Counted from the first letter of the stretch, positions 1-9,893 are shown. The stretch is 64,000 nt of DNA from Ardenticatenia bacterium (GCA_003130875.1 QEXY01000108.1:3806-67805); one strand, 5' to 3'. Translations and numbers: made by a program. The notes: generated by a model not told the origin, from the letters alone.

Positions 1-1215
1 GAACGTCAGCATCAGATTGTCGCTGATGACGGCGTCATCAGGACGTGTCACCTGTTGCAACAATGCGATTGCTTCCGCTTCACGGCCAAAGCGCGCCCGT
101 AGCACCTCATCATTTGCCCGCACCATACTCGGCAGGCTCAGCACCAAGACGATCGCAGATGCTGCACCTAAGCTACCCCACATCCAACTTCGTTCACGCA
201 GCAACTGCCATGTCGCGGCAGCGGCGCCACCGCACAACAACGCCAGCGGCGGCAAAAGGATGACCGTGTGCTGATAGAACAAGGGCGAATGGATGATCAA
301 CGGCAGGATGCCACCACCTATCAGCCACAATCCCAGCGGGATGAGCGTCTGCCAGCGTGCGCGACGGACTGATAACACCACCCCGCAGACGGCCAGCACC
401 ACAATGCCCCAGTGCTGGCGCCAGAAATCCATCAACCAGGCCAAATTGCGTTCGATCTCCAGTGGATAGACCGCACGCAGTTGAAACCGGAAGGCGATCA
501 CCTGATCGTAGAAGGCGGCAGGTTCATAGAACACGAAACACAACGTCAATGGCAGCAGCGCAGCAACGCCCCAAGCAGCCAAGCGTGTGACGCGACTGCG
601 CCAGCTAACTTGCCCTGGTGTCGTTATTACCAGCCACAGGATCGGCAGTGCGATCAATGGATTCACTGCCTTGACCAGCAAGCTCGTGCTATAGAGCAGG
701 CCAGAAAGCAGCAACCAGATCCACGTCCCACGACGGGCGTATATCTGCGCCAGCACCACGGCGAGCACGGCCAGCGCCAGCGCCGGCACCTCGCCCATCG
801 CCATGCGCGACAGGCGAAACGCGATGGGCGCCAGCACAAAGACCATGACGGCCACCATGGCAGCGAGCCAGCCAGCCTGCTCACCCTCCTGCACGTAGAG
901 CATGCGCGCCGACCATGCCAGCGCCGCGCACGCCAACACCCAAAACGCCAGCACCAGTGCACGTCCGCTCACCACACCGACGCCGGCCAGATCATACACC
1001 CAATCCAGCAACACGAACAGCAGCGGCGTCCAGACCAAAACGGTCTCACTATAGAGTGGATGACCCTCATGGAGCAGCCAAGCCCATGTCAAGTGCGCGC
1101 CTTCGTCGTTGGAGAGGCTGAACGCGTCCAAATTGGGCACGCGCCACGCGAGCGCGGCGGCAATGAGCAAGACGAGCAGGACGAGCCATCCCCAGCAGCC
1201 ACGTACCATCGGCAT
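1..1215 (-). CDS. ArnT/PMT-like GT-C family polytopic membrane glycosyltransferase (3' end runs off the window)
   Basis: Minus frame is open from ATG at 1213-1215 to the window edge, so it is absent from the ORF track (no in-window stop). Hand translation MPMVRGCWGWLVLLVLLIAAALAWRVPNLDAFSLSNDEGAHLTW... is polytopic with an early-loop DE motif. ATGA overlap with the stop of the upstream gene. The + ORF 412..1242 is its Q/H/R-rich antisense shadow. Confidence 0.7.
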   Translation of the reverse strand, partial: MPMVRGCWGWLVLLVLLIAAALAWRVPNLDAFSLSNDEGAHLTWAWLLHEGHPLYSETVLVWTPLLFVLLDWVYDLAGVGVVSGRALVLAFWVLACAALAWSARMLYVQEGEQAGWLAAMVAVMVFVLAPIAFRLSRMAMGEVPALALAVLAVVLAQIYARRGTWIWLLLSGLLYSTSLLVKAVNPLIALPILWLVITTPGQVSWRSRVTRLAAWGVAALLPLTLCFVFYEPAAFYDQVIAFRFQLRAVYPLEIERNLAWLMDFWRQHWGIVVLAVCGVVLSVRRARWQTLIPLGLWLIGGGILPLIIHSPLFYQHTVILLPPLALLCGGAAAATWQLLRERSWMWGSLGAASAIVLVLSLPSMVRANDEVLRARFGREAEAIALLQQVTRPDDAVISDNLMLTF

Positions 1216-2072
1216 CACACTCGGCCCACGGCCACGATGTAGAGCGCTGCCTCATTATGACCATCCAGCTCCAGCAGCGCGTTCAGGTCGTCGTCGAAAA
1301 AGGCGCCTACCGGACAGGCGCCCAACCCCAACGCGGTGGCGGCCAGACACAGGTTTTGAGCAATGTGTCCTGCTTCGAGCAGTACATAGCGATATGTGCG
1401 TTCGCGATACTTCCAGCGCGTGCGTTGGAAGATGGCCGACAAGATAAAGCTCACATTGGCCTCGCCGATGAAACCCTGACCCAGCGCTGCCGCACTGACG
1501 GCGTCCCGCAGGTCGCCGGCGCGTATGCGTTCCAGTGTGTGGGTTTGCACGGCATAGTGATAGGCGCCTCGCTCCAAATCGGTGACACGGTGTGCCAGCA
1601 CATAGAGCTCGATGGGATAGAGCGCGCCGGCAGAAGGCGCTGCGCGCAACTCGCCCGGCGGATAGGTGATGCCCTGAGCGGCGAAGAGCAGCTGCCCCAG
1701 CTCCACCAGCGAGATGGGTTCGTCGCGGTAATTGCGCTGCGAACGGCGCGCGCGCATCACCGCCATCAAGTGACCACCTTCCTCTTCCAAAGGCGTGGGA
1801 AGCGTGATACGCGGCACGTCAGGGTAGGTTTTGTAACGTGGCGGCTGCGTGCCCCAATCAGGTGGTGGCCCCTCGTAGCGCGCATGGCCCGGCTTGCTCC
1901 ACTCATGATACCGCAACCCCAGGTCCGCTTCCTGTGGCTCCGGCGGCACAGTACGCGGCCAGGGCAGCTCGCGCATGGCGGCACAACCGCCCATCAGACT
2001 CAGCAACCCTCCCAGGAACCAACGGCGGGCTGGATTCACCGATTGCCCTCCTTTCTCCCATATCACGGCCAT
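1215..2072 (-). CDS. SagB/ThcOx-type nitroreductase-fold dehydrogenase with twin-arginine/lipobox-like N-terminus
   Basis: 285-aa ORF. The block RRSQRNY...APSAGALYPIELYV...YRERTYRYVLLEAGHIAQNLCLAATALGLGACPVGAFFD matches the SagB-type dehydrogenase domain. N-terminus is RRWFLGGLLSLMGGC. Start lies 3 nt after the upstream stop, and its own stop overlaps the next ATG. Confidence 0.8.
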   Translation of the reverse strand: MAVIWEKGGQSVNPARRWFLGGLLSLMGGCAAMRELPWPRTVPPEPQEADLGLRYHEWSKPGHARYEGPPPDWGTQPPRYKTYPDVPRITLPTPLEEEGGHLMAVMRARRSQRNYRDEPISLVELGQLLFAAQGITYPPGELRAAPSAGALYPIELYVLAHRVTDLERGAYHYAVQTHTLERIRAGDLRDAVSAAALGQGFIGEANVSFILSAIFQRTRWKYRERTYRYVLLEAGHIAQNLCLAATALGLGACPVGAFFDDDLNALLELDGHNEAALYIVAVGRV

Positions 2073-2075
2073 CTC

Positions 2076-4619
2076 TCAGCGCCGCAATTCCGACACCTGG
2101 AGTGCCGCACGCAGCACCACCTTATCATCCAGCACCTCACCTGTGGCACTCACCACGGGCAGCCGCTCCCGAGTGACCGGGTCATACATTCCTACGAATA
2201 GGTCGAACGCGCCTGCCGGCATCTCGCGTGGCAGGGGAACGCGCACCGGATCTACCACCACCTCACCTGCCTGCCAGTTGTGAGTCGGGTAGGCGCCATC
2301 ATCCGGCATCGTGTCGCGCTGAGTCAGGAGACGCTCCTCGCCTGCCTCCATCCTGTCTATCACGTGGACGAAGACGGTATAATCTTGCGGCATATCCTGC
2401 TGTGCCTGCCAATATAGAACCATGCCAAACCAGCAGGCCGTTGTCACGGTTATGCTAGTTTCGTCTCCGCACGTCGGCAGCTGCAGATCGTAACCCACTA
2501 AACGTATCAAATTACCCAGTGAAGCATTCACCTGATATTGAGGACGCGGCACCTGCCACAGGCGTTCCACTGGCCCTCCCTCCGGCATGCCGAACACCTG
2601 GGAGAAACGTGCCAGCTCCAACAACGTTCCCTCGCTGGGCAGGCGCAACGCATAGCGCGCGTCCGCGACGGGGTGTGGCGTCAGCCGTATGCCGGGTTGC
2701 CATGGATCACGCCCGCGCATCACTCCCAATGCCAGGCGAAATGCGGACATATCTCGCGTGTACCATGGCAAGGTGTTGAACACAATGCGCACCCGTTCAC
2801 CCACCTGCCAGCGGCTCGTCGGATGCCAGACGAGTGCAGGCTGATCCACTGTTGTGGCACCGCGTGGAACACCCCACTCATCTAACAGGTACAGGGCAAT
2901 GAATAAATCCTCGTCCAGCGGGCGCAACGGTTCCATCCAAAGCACGACTTGCACCTCTTCGGCGCGATTGAAGCGCAGGTCGAAGCCCGCCAGGCGCAGC
3001 GCATCACCGAAGCTGGCCATAATGGGATGCTGCGGCAGAGCATCCTCCGCACGGGCGAAGTCAGTGAACGCCGGTGGCAGCTGATCGGGTTCGAGCGGCG
3101 GTGCCGAGGGCGTCGCGCGCAACAACAGGAAACCGTCCTCGGCAACCAATGGCTCCCATCCTCCTTGTTTGAGCAGCGCTATGATCACCTGGCGTTGGAA
3201 GTCATCCTGGTTGACCAGCGTGGAGACGTCGAACAGAAGATAATCGGGGGGTGGCAGCGTGCCGTCATAACAGCACGGGCCACCCTGCAGGAGCGCGGTG
3301 AGCAGCTGCGGATCGTAATACAGGACGCGCCTTCCGCTGACATGCGGGTTCAGATTGCTTTGGGCGAAAAGTGCCGCTTCGGGCGGTATTTGGGCGAAGA
3401 CCTCCTGAGCGCGGTGCGCGTGGGCGGTCACCGACGGCAGGCGGAACGGCCGTGCTAGGGGCGAGAAGCCCCGCGCATAGTGATAACCCAACGCACCGAT
3501 GAACAGCCAGGCACATGTGCCGAGCAAGACGTAGCGGGTGGCGGTGCGCCAACAGCGGGCGATGCGCATTCCCACCGCACGGATGCCCCACAGCGCCGAG
3601 ATGAGCACAAACGGCGTCAGCGGTGCCGCATAATGGAACTCTTCCAGCCGCCAGGTAAAGGGATTATCGCTGAGCAAGTTAATCGCCAGCGTGGGCAGCG
3701 TGGGCAACCAGGTCAGCGGGCTGAGTGCCGCCAGCAGGCCGGTGGGCAGCAACAGACCGCCCAAGTAGGCGGGCAGGTTGGCACGCTGCCATATGTGCTG
3801 CCACACCACTTCGGGGCGCTGCAGCAGAGTTCCCACCATCTCGGGCAGGTCGCGGCCCAACCAGGCATAGCGCACTGCCTGAATGTTGCCGCCGGTGGGG
3901 CTGAAAATGGGCTGCACTACGCTCAGCGCCACGACAAACCAGACGATGCCGCCCAGCAAGGCGGGCAACCCGAAACGCCAGCGGCGCGTCACCAGCGCAT
4001 ACAAGCCGAGCGATGCCACCGTCAGCGCCATGTCTTCTTTGCACGCCATCGCCAGCACCGCTGCCAGGGCAAAACGGCCAGGACGACGCGTTTCCAGGTA
4101 GTAGAAGGCGAACAGCAGGAAGGTGGGCGCCAGCGTGACGGCGTGGAAATCATACAATATAGCAGCTTCCAGCGCCGGCATGAGCAGGTAGGCGAGCGGG
4201 AAGACCAGTGCCAACCATGCCCCGACGCGACTGCCCACCGCTCCCCCTACGGATTCGTCTTGCCACAGTGCCCGTTGTGCCAGCCGGAACAGCGGCCATG
4301 CGCCCAGCCCCACCACGGCCGCCTGCACGAGCAGCAGCGCCACCGGGCCGCCCAGCCCCAGCCAATAGAATGGCACGAAGAGCAGCAGGATCGGCTCGAC
4401 GTGCAGCGCCAGCCGGTTGCGCAGCGGCGCCATATTGGTGAAGGCCATGAAGTCGCCATGGGCGGTGTTCCAAAGCGCCTGGTCGACGTTGCCCAGGTCC
4501 ATTCCGTTGCTCTCCAAGGCGAAATGGCGCTGGACGGCCAGGAAAGCGAACGTTACCACGAAGGTGACGCTCAGCAAGCCCAGCACAATGTGGGGCGCGT
4601 TTCTCCTGATTGCCCTCAT
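2076..4619 (-). CDS. DUF2079-like polytopic membrane protein with two C-terminal copies of the recurrent YWQA/YTVFVH domain
   Basis: Start moved to ATG 4617-4619 (MRAIRRNAPHIVLG...), which forms an ATGA overlap with the upstream stop. The first 150 codons of track ORF 2076..5069 are Arg/Gly-rich read-through of the neighbouring gene. NGMDLGNVDQALWNT and multiple TM segments recall DUF2079. Confidence 0.7.
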   Translation of the reverse strand: MRAIRRNAPHIVLGLLSVTFVVTFAFLAVQRHFALESNGMDLGNVDQALWNTAHGDFMAFTNMAPLRNRLALHVEPILLLFVPFYWLGLGGPVALLLVQAAVVGLGAWPLFRLAQRALWQDESVGGAVGSRVGAWLALVFPLAYLLMPALEAAILYDFHAVTLAPTFLLFAFYYLETRRPGRFALAAVLAMACKEDMALTVASLGLYALVTRRWRFGLPALLGGIVWFVVALSVVQPIFSPTGGNIQAVRYAWLGRDLPEMVGTLLQRPEVVWQHIWQRANLPAYLGGLLLPTGLLAALSPLTWLPTLPTLAINLLSDNPFTWRLEEFHYAAPLTPFVLISALWGIRAVGMRIARCWRTATRYVLLGTCAWLFIGALGYHYARGFSPLARPFRLPSVTAHAHRAQEVFAQIPPEAALFAQSNLNPHVSGRRVLYYDPQLLTALLQGGPCCYDGTLPPPDYLLFDVSTLVNQDDFQRQVIIALLKQGGWEPLVAEDGFLLLRATPSAPPLEPDQLPPAFTDFARAEDALPQHPIMASFGDALRLAGFDLRFNRAEEVQVVLWMEPLRPLDEDLFIALYLLDEWGVPRGATTVDQPALVWHPTSRWQVGERVRIVFNTLPWYTRDMSAFRLALGVMRGRDPWQPGIRLTPHPVADARYALRLPSEGTLLELARFSQVFGMPEGGPVERLWQVPRPQYQVNASLGNLIRLVGYDLQLPTCGDETSITVTTACWFGMVLYWQAQQDMPQDYTVFVHVIDRMEAGEERLLTQRDTMPDDGAYPTHNWQAGEVVVDPVRVPLPREMPAGAFDLFVGMYDPVTRERLPVVSATGEVLDDKVVLRAALQVSELRR

Positions 4620-6679
4620 GGCAAAGCCACCTCCTCCAGGATGAGACCGCCACCACCGCCACGCGCTCCTTGCGTTGGTGGCAACACCGCCCAGCTCTGG
4701 GGATCGTACATGCCCACCTCCAATTGATAGCGACCAGGTGGCGTTTCCGCGGGCCGTATCAAACGCTGCACATCCTCGATCAACTGCCCTGCCTTCCAGC
4801 GGTAGGTGGGCAGGAAGCCCATTACCGGCGGCGCGTCGGCACGCGCATAAATCGTGCCGGCGCCGTCCACCGCCCGCACGTAGACGAAGTATTCGGGCAG
4901 GTTGCTGCGCAGCGCGCGCCAATAGAGCGCCACGTCCAACCCATGCGGATGGTCGGCCGCCGGGCGCACTGCATATCCCTCCAAGACGACCACGTCGCCC
5001 ATGCGCACCCCCAGCGGGATGGCGCCCTCGGGCAAACCGCCACGCACGATCACCGCTGGATAGATCCACGCATATGCGACGCCGTTAATGTGGACGACGT
5101 GTTCGGGAATGCGCCTCTGAAAATATGCAATCAGGTTGGGATCAGGGATGTTACGTTGCACCTGGTTGACGTAGAAGACGGCATAATCCGCCTGGAGCAC
5201 ATTTTCGGTGGTGAAGAGGAGAGTCCTGCCTTTGAAGTAGGGCGCGAACGTCCATTCATACCAGGCTGCGACGCGCAATTGATCTGCATCCAGCTTAGTA
5301 TTGAGATATTCCGCGGCGCGGTCCATGCCCTCACCCCAGGCAATGTGCATGACGCGCGGCACCCACAGCCAACCCAGGAGCAGTGGATTGTAGTAGCTCA
5401 GGTAGTAGGGGGCATAGGGCAGCGTCCCAGCAAGCAAGAGGATGCCCCCCAACAGCGCCAGCCGCGGACGTGTCAGCACGGCGATTCGGTCTGTCAGCCC
5501 GTCCATAGCACGCAGCAGCCCCCAGGCGGCCAACGGTGCCAGCGCCACCAGTGGCATCAACGCATAGCGCACGCTTTTCTTCTCGGCGAAGGTCATCACC
5601 ACCAGATAGAACACGACATATACCCAGAGCGACCATTCCAATCGCCGGTGCGTCGCGCGGCGCAGGGTGAACAGGCCGACCAGCACGCCGATGAGCATCA
5701 GCGGCGAGATGCGCACCAGCAGCGCCAGCGGGTAGAACCCCGGTCCGGGGTCGAACACCGTCTGACCCATCCAGTACATGCCTAGATTGCCGGAGCCAGG
5801 TGGCATATTCTTCCACAGCCAGTCGAAGGCCCACACCACCGCGCCGAGAGGATCCACCCACATCGCTGGCCAGATGAGCGCAAAGGTGACAGCTGCCACC
5901 AGCACGCTGACCAGCCACTGCCCGGCAGCCGGCACGATCCAACGGTGAAGGGCAGGCGCATGCGGCCGCTCCGTCCACCAAAAGAGCAGCGCGAGGAGCG
6001 CCAGCGCCGGCAGCAATACCAGCGCTATCGTGACGGTCGAGATGGAAAGCCCGCAAAAGACGCCGCTCAACACAAGCCAGAGGCGGCGGCGTTGCACCAG
6101 CCACAGCAACCAGAGGGTCACCGTCAGGAACATCAGCAGCGCCAGCGGCACCGCCATGTGCACCAGGCGCCCGTAGCCCAACAGCGTAGCGTCGAAGGCC
6201 AGAAGCAACGTGGCAATCAGCGCCACCCGGTCGCCATAAACCCGACGGCCGAACAGATAGATGAATTCCAGTAACACGGTCACCAACACAATGGTGGCAA
6301 TGCGCGCGGCGACGTAGTAGGGGCGGGGCTGGATGTGCCATCCCGCCAGGAACTGATCCAGCGACAGACCCGGCGGAAAGCTGGGCACCCAACCTTGCCG
6401 TGCCAGGACGAACTCCAGCGCCAGGGCTGCGCCGTGTGCCCAGGCGAGCGGCATGTCCGGATAGCCCATTCCCAACGTCAAGCGCAGGTCACCGCTCGTC
6501 AGCCCTTCGAGGAACTGCATCGCGCTGTTCAGGATGGGGCGCTCATCCGCGGCGATGAAACGGTCGATGTCCCACAGGCGCGGCAACAGGATGAGCACGG
6601 CCAGCACTAAGCAGACCAGCCATATGGGTGCCAGAGGACGGTCGTCCGGCCACTTCGGGGCGCTGAGATGTGTTACCAT
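4616..6679 (-). CDS. GT-C-like (ArnT/PMT_2-like) polytopic membrane protein with the recurrent C-terminal domain
   Basis: Start placed at ATG 6677-6679 (MVTHLSAPKWPDD...), overlapping the upstream stop region. More than 10 hydrophobic segments. C-terminal tail LEGYAV..LYWRAL..YFVYVRAVD..ADAPP..LPTYRW..VGMYDP. Confidence 0.7.
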   Translation of the reverse strand: MVTHLSAPKWPDDRPLAPIWLVCLVLAVLILLPRLWDIDRFIAADERPILNSAMQFLEGLTSGDLRLTLGMGYPDMPLAWAHGAALALEFVLARQGWVPSFPPGLSLDQFLAGWHIQPRPYYVAARIATIVLVTVLLEFIYLFGRRVYGDRVALIATLLLAFDATLLGYGRLVHMAVPLALLMFLTVTLWLLWLVQRRRLWLVLSGVFCGLSISTVTIALVLLPALALLALLFWWTERPHAPALHRWIVPAAGQWLVSVLVAAVTFALIWPAMWVDPLGAVVWAFDWLWKNMPPGSGNLGMYWMGQTVFDPGPGFYPLALLVRISPLMLIGVLVGLFTLRRATHRRLEWSLWVYVVFYLVVMTFAEKKSVRYALMPLVALAPLAAWGLLRAMDGLTDRIAVLTRPRLALLGGILLLAGTLPYAPYYLSYYNPLLLGWLWVPRVMHIAWGEGMDRAAEYLNTKLDADQLRVAAWYEWTFAPYFKGRTLLFTTENVLQADYAVFYVNQVQRNIPDPNLIAYFQRRIPEHVVHINGVAYAWIYPAVIVRGGLPEGAIPLGVRMGDVVVLEGYAVRPAADHPHGLDVALYWRALRSNLPEYFVYVRAVDGAGTIYARADAPPVMGFLPTYRWKAGQLIEDVQRLIRPAETPPGRYQLEVGMYDPQSWAVLPPTQGARGGGGGLILEEVALP

Positions 6680-8730
6680 ATCCCCTCCAGACGCAGTGGC
6701 ACAGCGTTCTCGCCGCTCGTATCGCCCACCACGGGCAGCCGTTCCAGCGTGTCCAGTCGATAGAGACCCACCCATAGCGTAAAACTGTCCAGCGGCGTGC
6801 CCCGTGGCAGCTGGAGCACGCTGCGCTCGCGGATGGTGCGTCCGGGTGGCCACAGGGTGGGGGGATAGACCGGCGCCAGAGGCACGTGATCCGCCTGTGC
6901 CACGGTGCGCCCCAGGTCATCCCGCAGGTGTACGAACACCGTGTAGTCATACTCCAACGGGCGCTGTGCCTGCCAGTAGAGCACCAATTCCAGACTGCGT
7001 ACCGGATTGCCGACGAGCAGCGCGACATCATAGCCCTGCAGGGTGATCCGGTCGCTGAACTGGACAGCGAGTGGCCGCGTGGGATGCTCCGGGATGAGAC
7101 GGGCGCCCGGCCGTGAGCGCAGGATGATGATGCCGTTCTCCTCACGTACAAAGTCGGTCATCGCCAGCAGACGCTGCATGGTGAGGGGGGTGAAATACTC
7201 GAGCGTCAGCCCCCAGCGCTCCAGCACCAGCCAGACACGCCGCGGTCCGCTCAGCACGGCGTGCAGTTGTGCATCGCTGCCCAGCCACGGCGATCCCACC
7301 CAACGATCCACGATCTGCCCAGCCCGCTCCATCAGGCGATAGGCATAGCCGGTGCCCTGCATAGCGTAGTAATCGTTGCGCCCCAGGTAGAACGCCGCCG
7401 CTGCTGGTGTGCCCGTGAGGACGGCGTCGCCCGCCTGCCAATTGGCACGCACATAAGCAAAGGCGGCGTCGTAATCGCTGCCGCGGCGTGCCACGAGTGC
7501 GGCAGCTGCCGGACCATAACCCCCTGCGATGACGGCACAGGCTGCCAATGCCATCGGCATCCCCACACGACGCAGTTGTCCCTCACGCTGCAACACGCGA
7601 GCCAGAAAGCCCGCCAGACGTACCAATCCCTCTGCTGCCAGCAGGGCTAGCATGGGCAAGAGCATGAAGTAATAGCGCTCATCGCGCCGTTGTGGCGCCA
7701 CCCCCAGCCCCATCTCCAGCACGCTGACGCCGACCAGCCACGCCAGGAAGAGGACGGCGCGGTCGCGTGTATCCGTTGTGCTGCCACGTCGATGGCGCAA
7801 TGCCGTGCCTATGCTTCCCACCGCCAAGATGGACAGCCAGAGATGTTCTGGCGCGCCGAAGAAAGCCGCGGCGGCCGGCCAGCCCGCCGCCACATCTTCC
7901 GGCCAGGCAGCGTAAATGCTCAGTACCTGGAGGAGGCCGCTGAAGATGCTGGACGGCGTGCCTTCCAGAGGAGCGATGCTGTTCGGTTGCCCCAGCCGCT
8001 TGACCAGCACTGCCACTATGGCCACACCCGCCCAGACGGGCAGCTCCACCAAAAAGGTACGCAGCCCCTTATGGCGCGCATGCCGCCCCAGGAGCATCCC
8101 CATGCCGCTCACCAGCGGCACGAGCAGGGCCAGCGCGACGAAGTGGGTCAGCGCGGCAGATAACAGTGCCGCCGCGGCCAGCAGACGCCAGCGGCGGCTG
8201 TCCTGCACCGCGCCGCGCAGGGCAGCGTCGCTCGCCAGCAGCACCCACACCAGCAGCAAGCTGTACATACGCGCGCGGCCACCCCACAGGACGGCATCCG
8301 GAGCAAATGCCAGCACGGCTGCGGTGAGCAACCCGGTCAGCGTGCTGAAATGGCGCCGCCCCCAATGCCAGGCCAACAAGATGCTGCCCAGGCTGGCCAG
8401 CAAGCTGGCGGCGCGCACTGCCTCGCGACTGAAACCGGCAAGGGCGCTCGCAGCCGCGCCCAGGTAGGAGAAGAAGAGACCGTGCTCGTAGAACAGGCCA
8501 GAAGGGAGAATGGGCAATCCTCGCTCCAGAATGGCGCGCACCGCCAGCAGGGTGACGAACTCGTCGGGATAGGGTTGCACGTGCACCAGGTAGCGCCAAC
8601 GCCACCATGCCGCCAGCCCTACCACTGCCACCATCGCGGCGGCCAAGGCGAAATATCCTCTTTCGTGAGTGTTGTTGCGCAGGCGAGTCGCGTCCTCTGT
8701 CACTGGAAAAGCAGCGGGGCGCAGGCACAA
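6673..8730 (-). CDS. GT-C-like (ArnT/PMT-like) polytopic membrane protein with the recurrent C-terminal domain
   Basis: 685-aa ORF with polytopic N-terminal two-thirds. Tail LQGYDV..LYWQAQ..DYTVFVHLRD..QADHVP..YPPTLW..VGLYRL. The start is uncertain: the track start is TTG at 8728-8730, with an alternative GTG at 8701-8703. Confidence 0.7.
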   Translation of the reverse strand: MCLRPAAFPVTEDATRLRNNTHERGYFALAAAMVAVVGLAAWWRWRYLVHVQPYPDEFVTLLAVRAILERGLPILPSGLFYEHGLFFSYLGAAASALAGFSREAVRAASLLASLGSILLAWHWGRRHFSTLTGLLTAAVLAFAPDAVLWGGRARMYSLLLVWVLLASDAALRGAVQDSRRWRLLAAAALLSAALTHFVALALLVPLVSGMGMLLGRHARHKGLRTFLVELPVWAGVAIVAVLVKRLGQPNSIAPLEGTPSSIFSGLLQVLSIYAAWPEDVAAGWPAAAAFFGAPEHLWLSILAVGSIGTALRHRRGSTTDTRDRAVLFLAWLVGVSVLEMGLGVAPQRRDERYYFMLLPMLALLAAEGLVRLAGFLARVLQREGQLRRVGMPMALAACAVIAGGYGPAAAALVARRGSDYDAAFAYVRANWQAGDAVLTGTPAAAAFYLGRNDYYAMQGTGYAYRLMERAGQIVDRWVGSPWLGSDAQLHAVLSGPRRVWLVLERWGLTLEYFTPLTMQRLLAMTDFVREENGIIILRSRPGARLIPEHPTRPLAVQFSDRITLQGYDVALLVGNPVRSLELVLYWQAQRPLEYDYTVFVHLRDDLGRTVAQADHVPLAPVYPPTLWPPGRTIRERSVLQLPRGTPLDSFTLWVGLYRLDTLERLPVVGDTSGENAVPLRLEGIW

Positions 8731-9002
8731 GGCATCGCGATGCCAAGCACCTCGCCCCGTCTCCTTCCAAGAATGAGGTTATTATAGCAAGGGGGATAGC
8801 AGGGGGCAAAACGGAACAGCGGCCTCCGCATTTCATTCTTGGGGAGGCGTGAGGTCAGGCCATCGTTCCAGTCCGTCCCCAAATTTGAAATACACTCTCT
8901 GGAGCAGTGCGACATGCGAAAAGAGCGGCACTGTGTTATGATGCGGCGACTGTCCCATCGAGGACGGTTGGTAAGCGCTATCTTATCGGAGCTGTCAACC
9001 CT

Positions 9003-9893
9003 ATGGACACAACAGCTGCCAATCGCACGTTCGCCTATGTGGCGTCGCTGCGGGCGCGTCGGGATGCTGCGCGTCCGCTCATCCTAATCACCAACGACGA
9101 TGGCATCGCCTCACCGGGGCTCTACGCCGCGGTGCGCGCCGTCAGCGACCTGGGCGAGGTGGTGGTCGTGGCGCCGCGGCAACAGTTCTCCAACGCCAGC
9201 CGTTGCCATCCCCCCTCGGCGTGGGGACACGAACCCGGTCCGACGGAGCGCATCGCCCTGCCCGCCGATTGCCCGGCCACCCTGGCCTACGCTGTGGATG
9301 GCTCGCCGGCGCAGGCGGTGGCGCGCGCGTGGATCGAGCTCTTGAACCGCCTGCCCGACCTAGTGATCAGTGGCATCAATTACGGCGAGAACCTCGGGTC
9401 GGGCACGACAGTTTCGGGCACCGTGGGCGCGGCCATCGAAGCCGCTTGTGTCGGCATCCCCGCACTGGCGGTCTCGTTGCAAACCCACCCCGATTTCTAC
9501 TACCACCCGTCCGAACAGGTAGACTTCCGCGCCGCCGCGCATTTCACCCGCATGTTTGCCCAGGCGATGCTGGCTGGTGCACTCCCTGCCGACGTGGACA
9601 TTCTCAAGGTCGATGTGCCTGCGGATGCGACTCCGGAGACCCCTTGGCGCGTCACCCGCGTCTCGCGCCAGCCTTATTACGTGCCGGTGATTCCGCGCGA
9701 GCGCGGCATCCCAGATTATCGCATCGAGATCGACCTGGAGACACTGGAGCCCGACTCGGACATTTATGCGCTGGTGGTCGCGCGCGCGGTCTCGGTCTGC
9801 CCGCTGAGCATCGACCTCTCCTCACGGGTGGATCGCCAGCAGCTGTGCCAGCTGCTGGCGGAGCGCACGGTTGCCCGCCGAGTGGAACGTTAA
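9003..9893 (+). CDS. surE: 5'/3'-nucleotidase SurE
   Basis: LILITNDDGIASPGL ... ISGINYGENLGSGTTVSGTVGAAIEA are SurE hallmark motifs. Start placed at ATG 9003 (MDTTAAN...) inside the longer track ORF. Confidence 0.85.
   Translation: MDTTAANRTFAYVASLRARRDAARPLILITNDDGIASPGLYAAVRAVSDLGEVVVVAPRQQFSNASRCHPPSAWGHEPGPTERIALPADCPATLAYAVDGSPAQAVARAWIELLNRLPDLVISGINYGENLGSGTTVSGTVGAAIEAACVGIPALAVSLQTHPDFYYHPSEQVDFRAAAHFTRMFAQAMLAGALPADVDILKVDVPADATPETPWRVTRVSRQPYYVPVIPRERGIPDYRIEIDLETLEPDSDIYALVVARAVSVCPLSIDLSSRVDRQQLCQLLAERTVARRVER

Noticed and set aside
412-1242. 276-aa plus-strand ORF; similar cases at 3480..4727, 4610..5785, 15524..17362, 37783..39093, 54510..55634 and 58163..59254
   Set aside because: Their Q/H/R/P-rich composition is the mirror image of hydrophobic or well-conserved genes on the opposite strand, and each is fully overlapped by a gene with clear family motifs.
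4620-5069. N-terminal 150 codons of track ORF 2076..5069; the same issue affects 33860..34102, 17333..17635, 37256..37516 and 6680..6853
   Set aside because: The extensions are Arg/Gly-rich and overlap the 3' end of the upstream gene. Internal ATGs that have RBSs or ATGA stop/start coupling begin the conserved, hydrophobic protein sequence.
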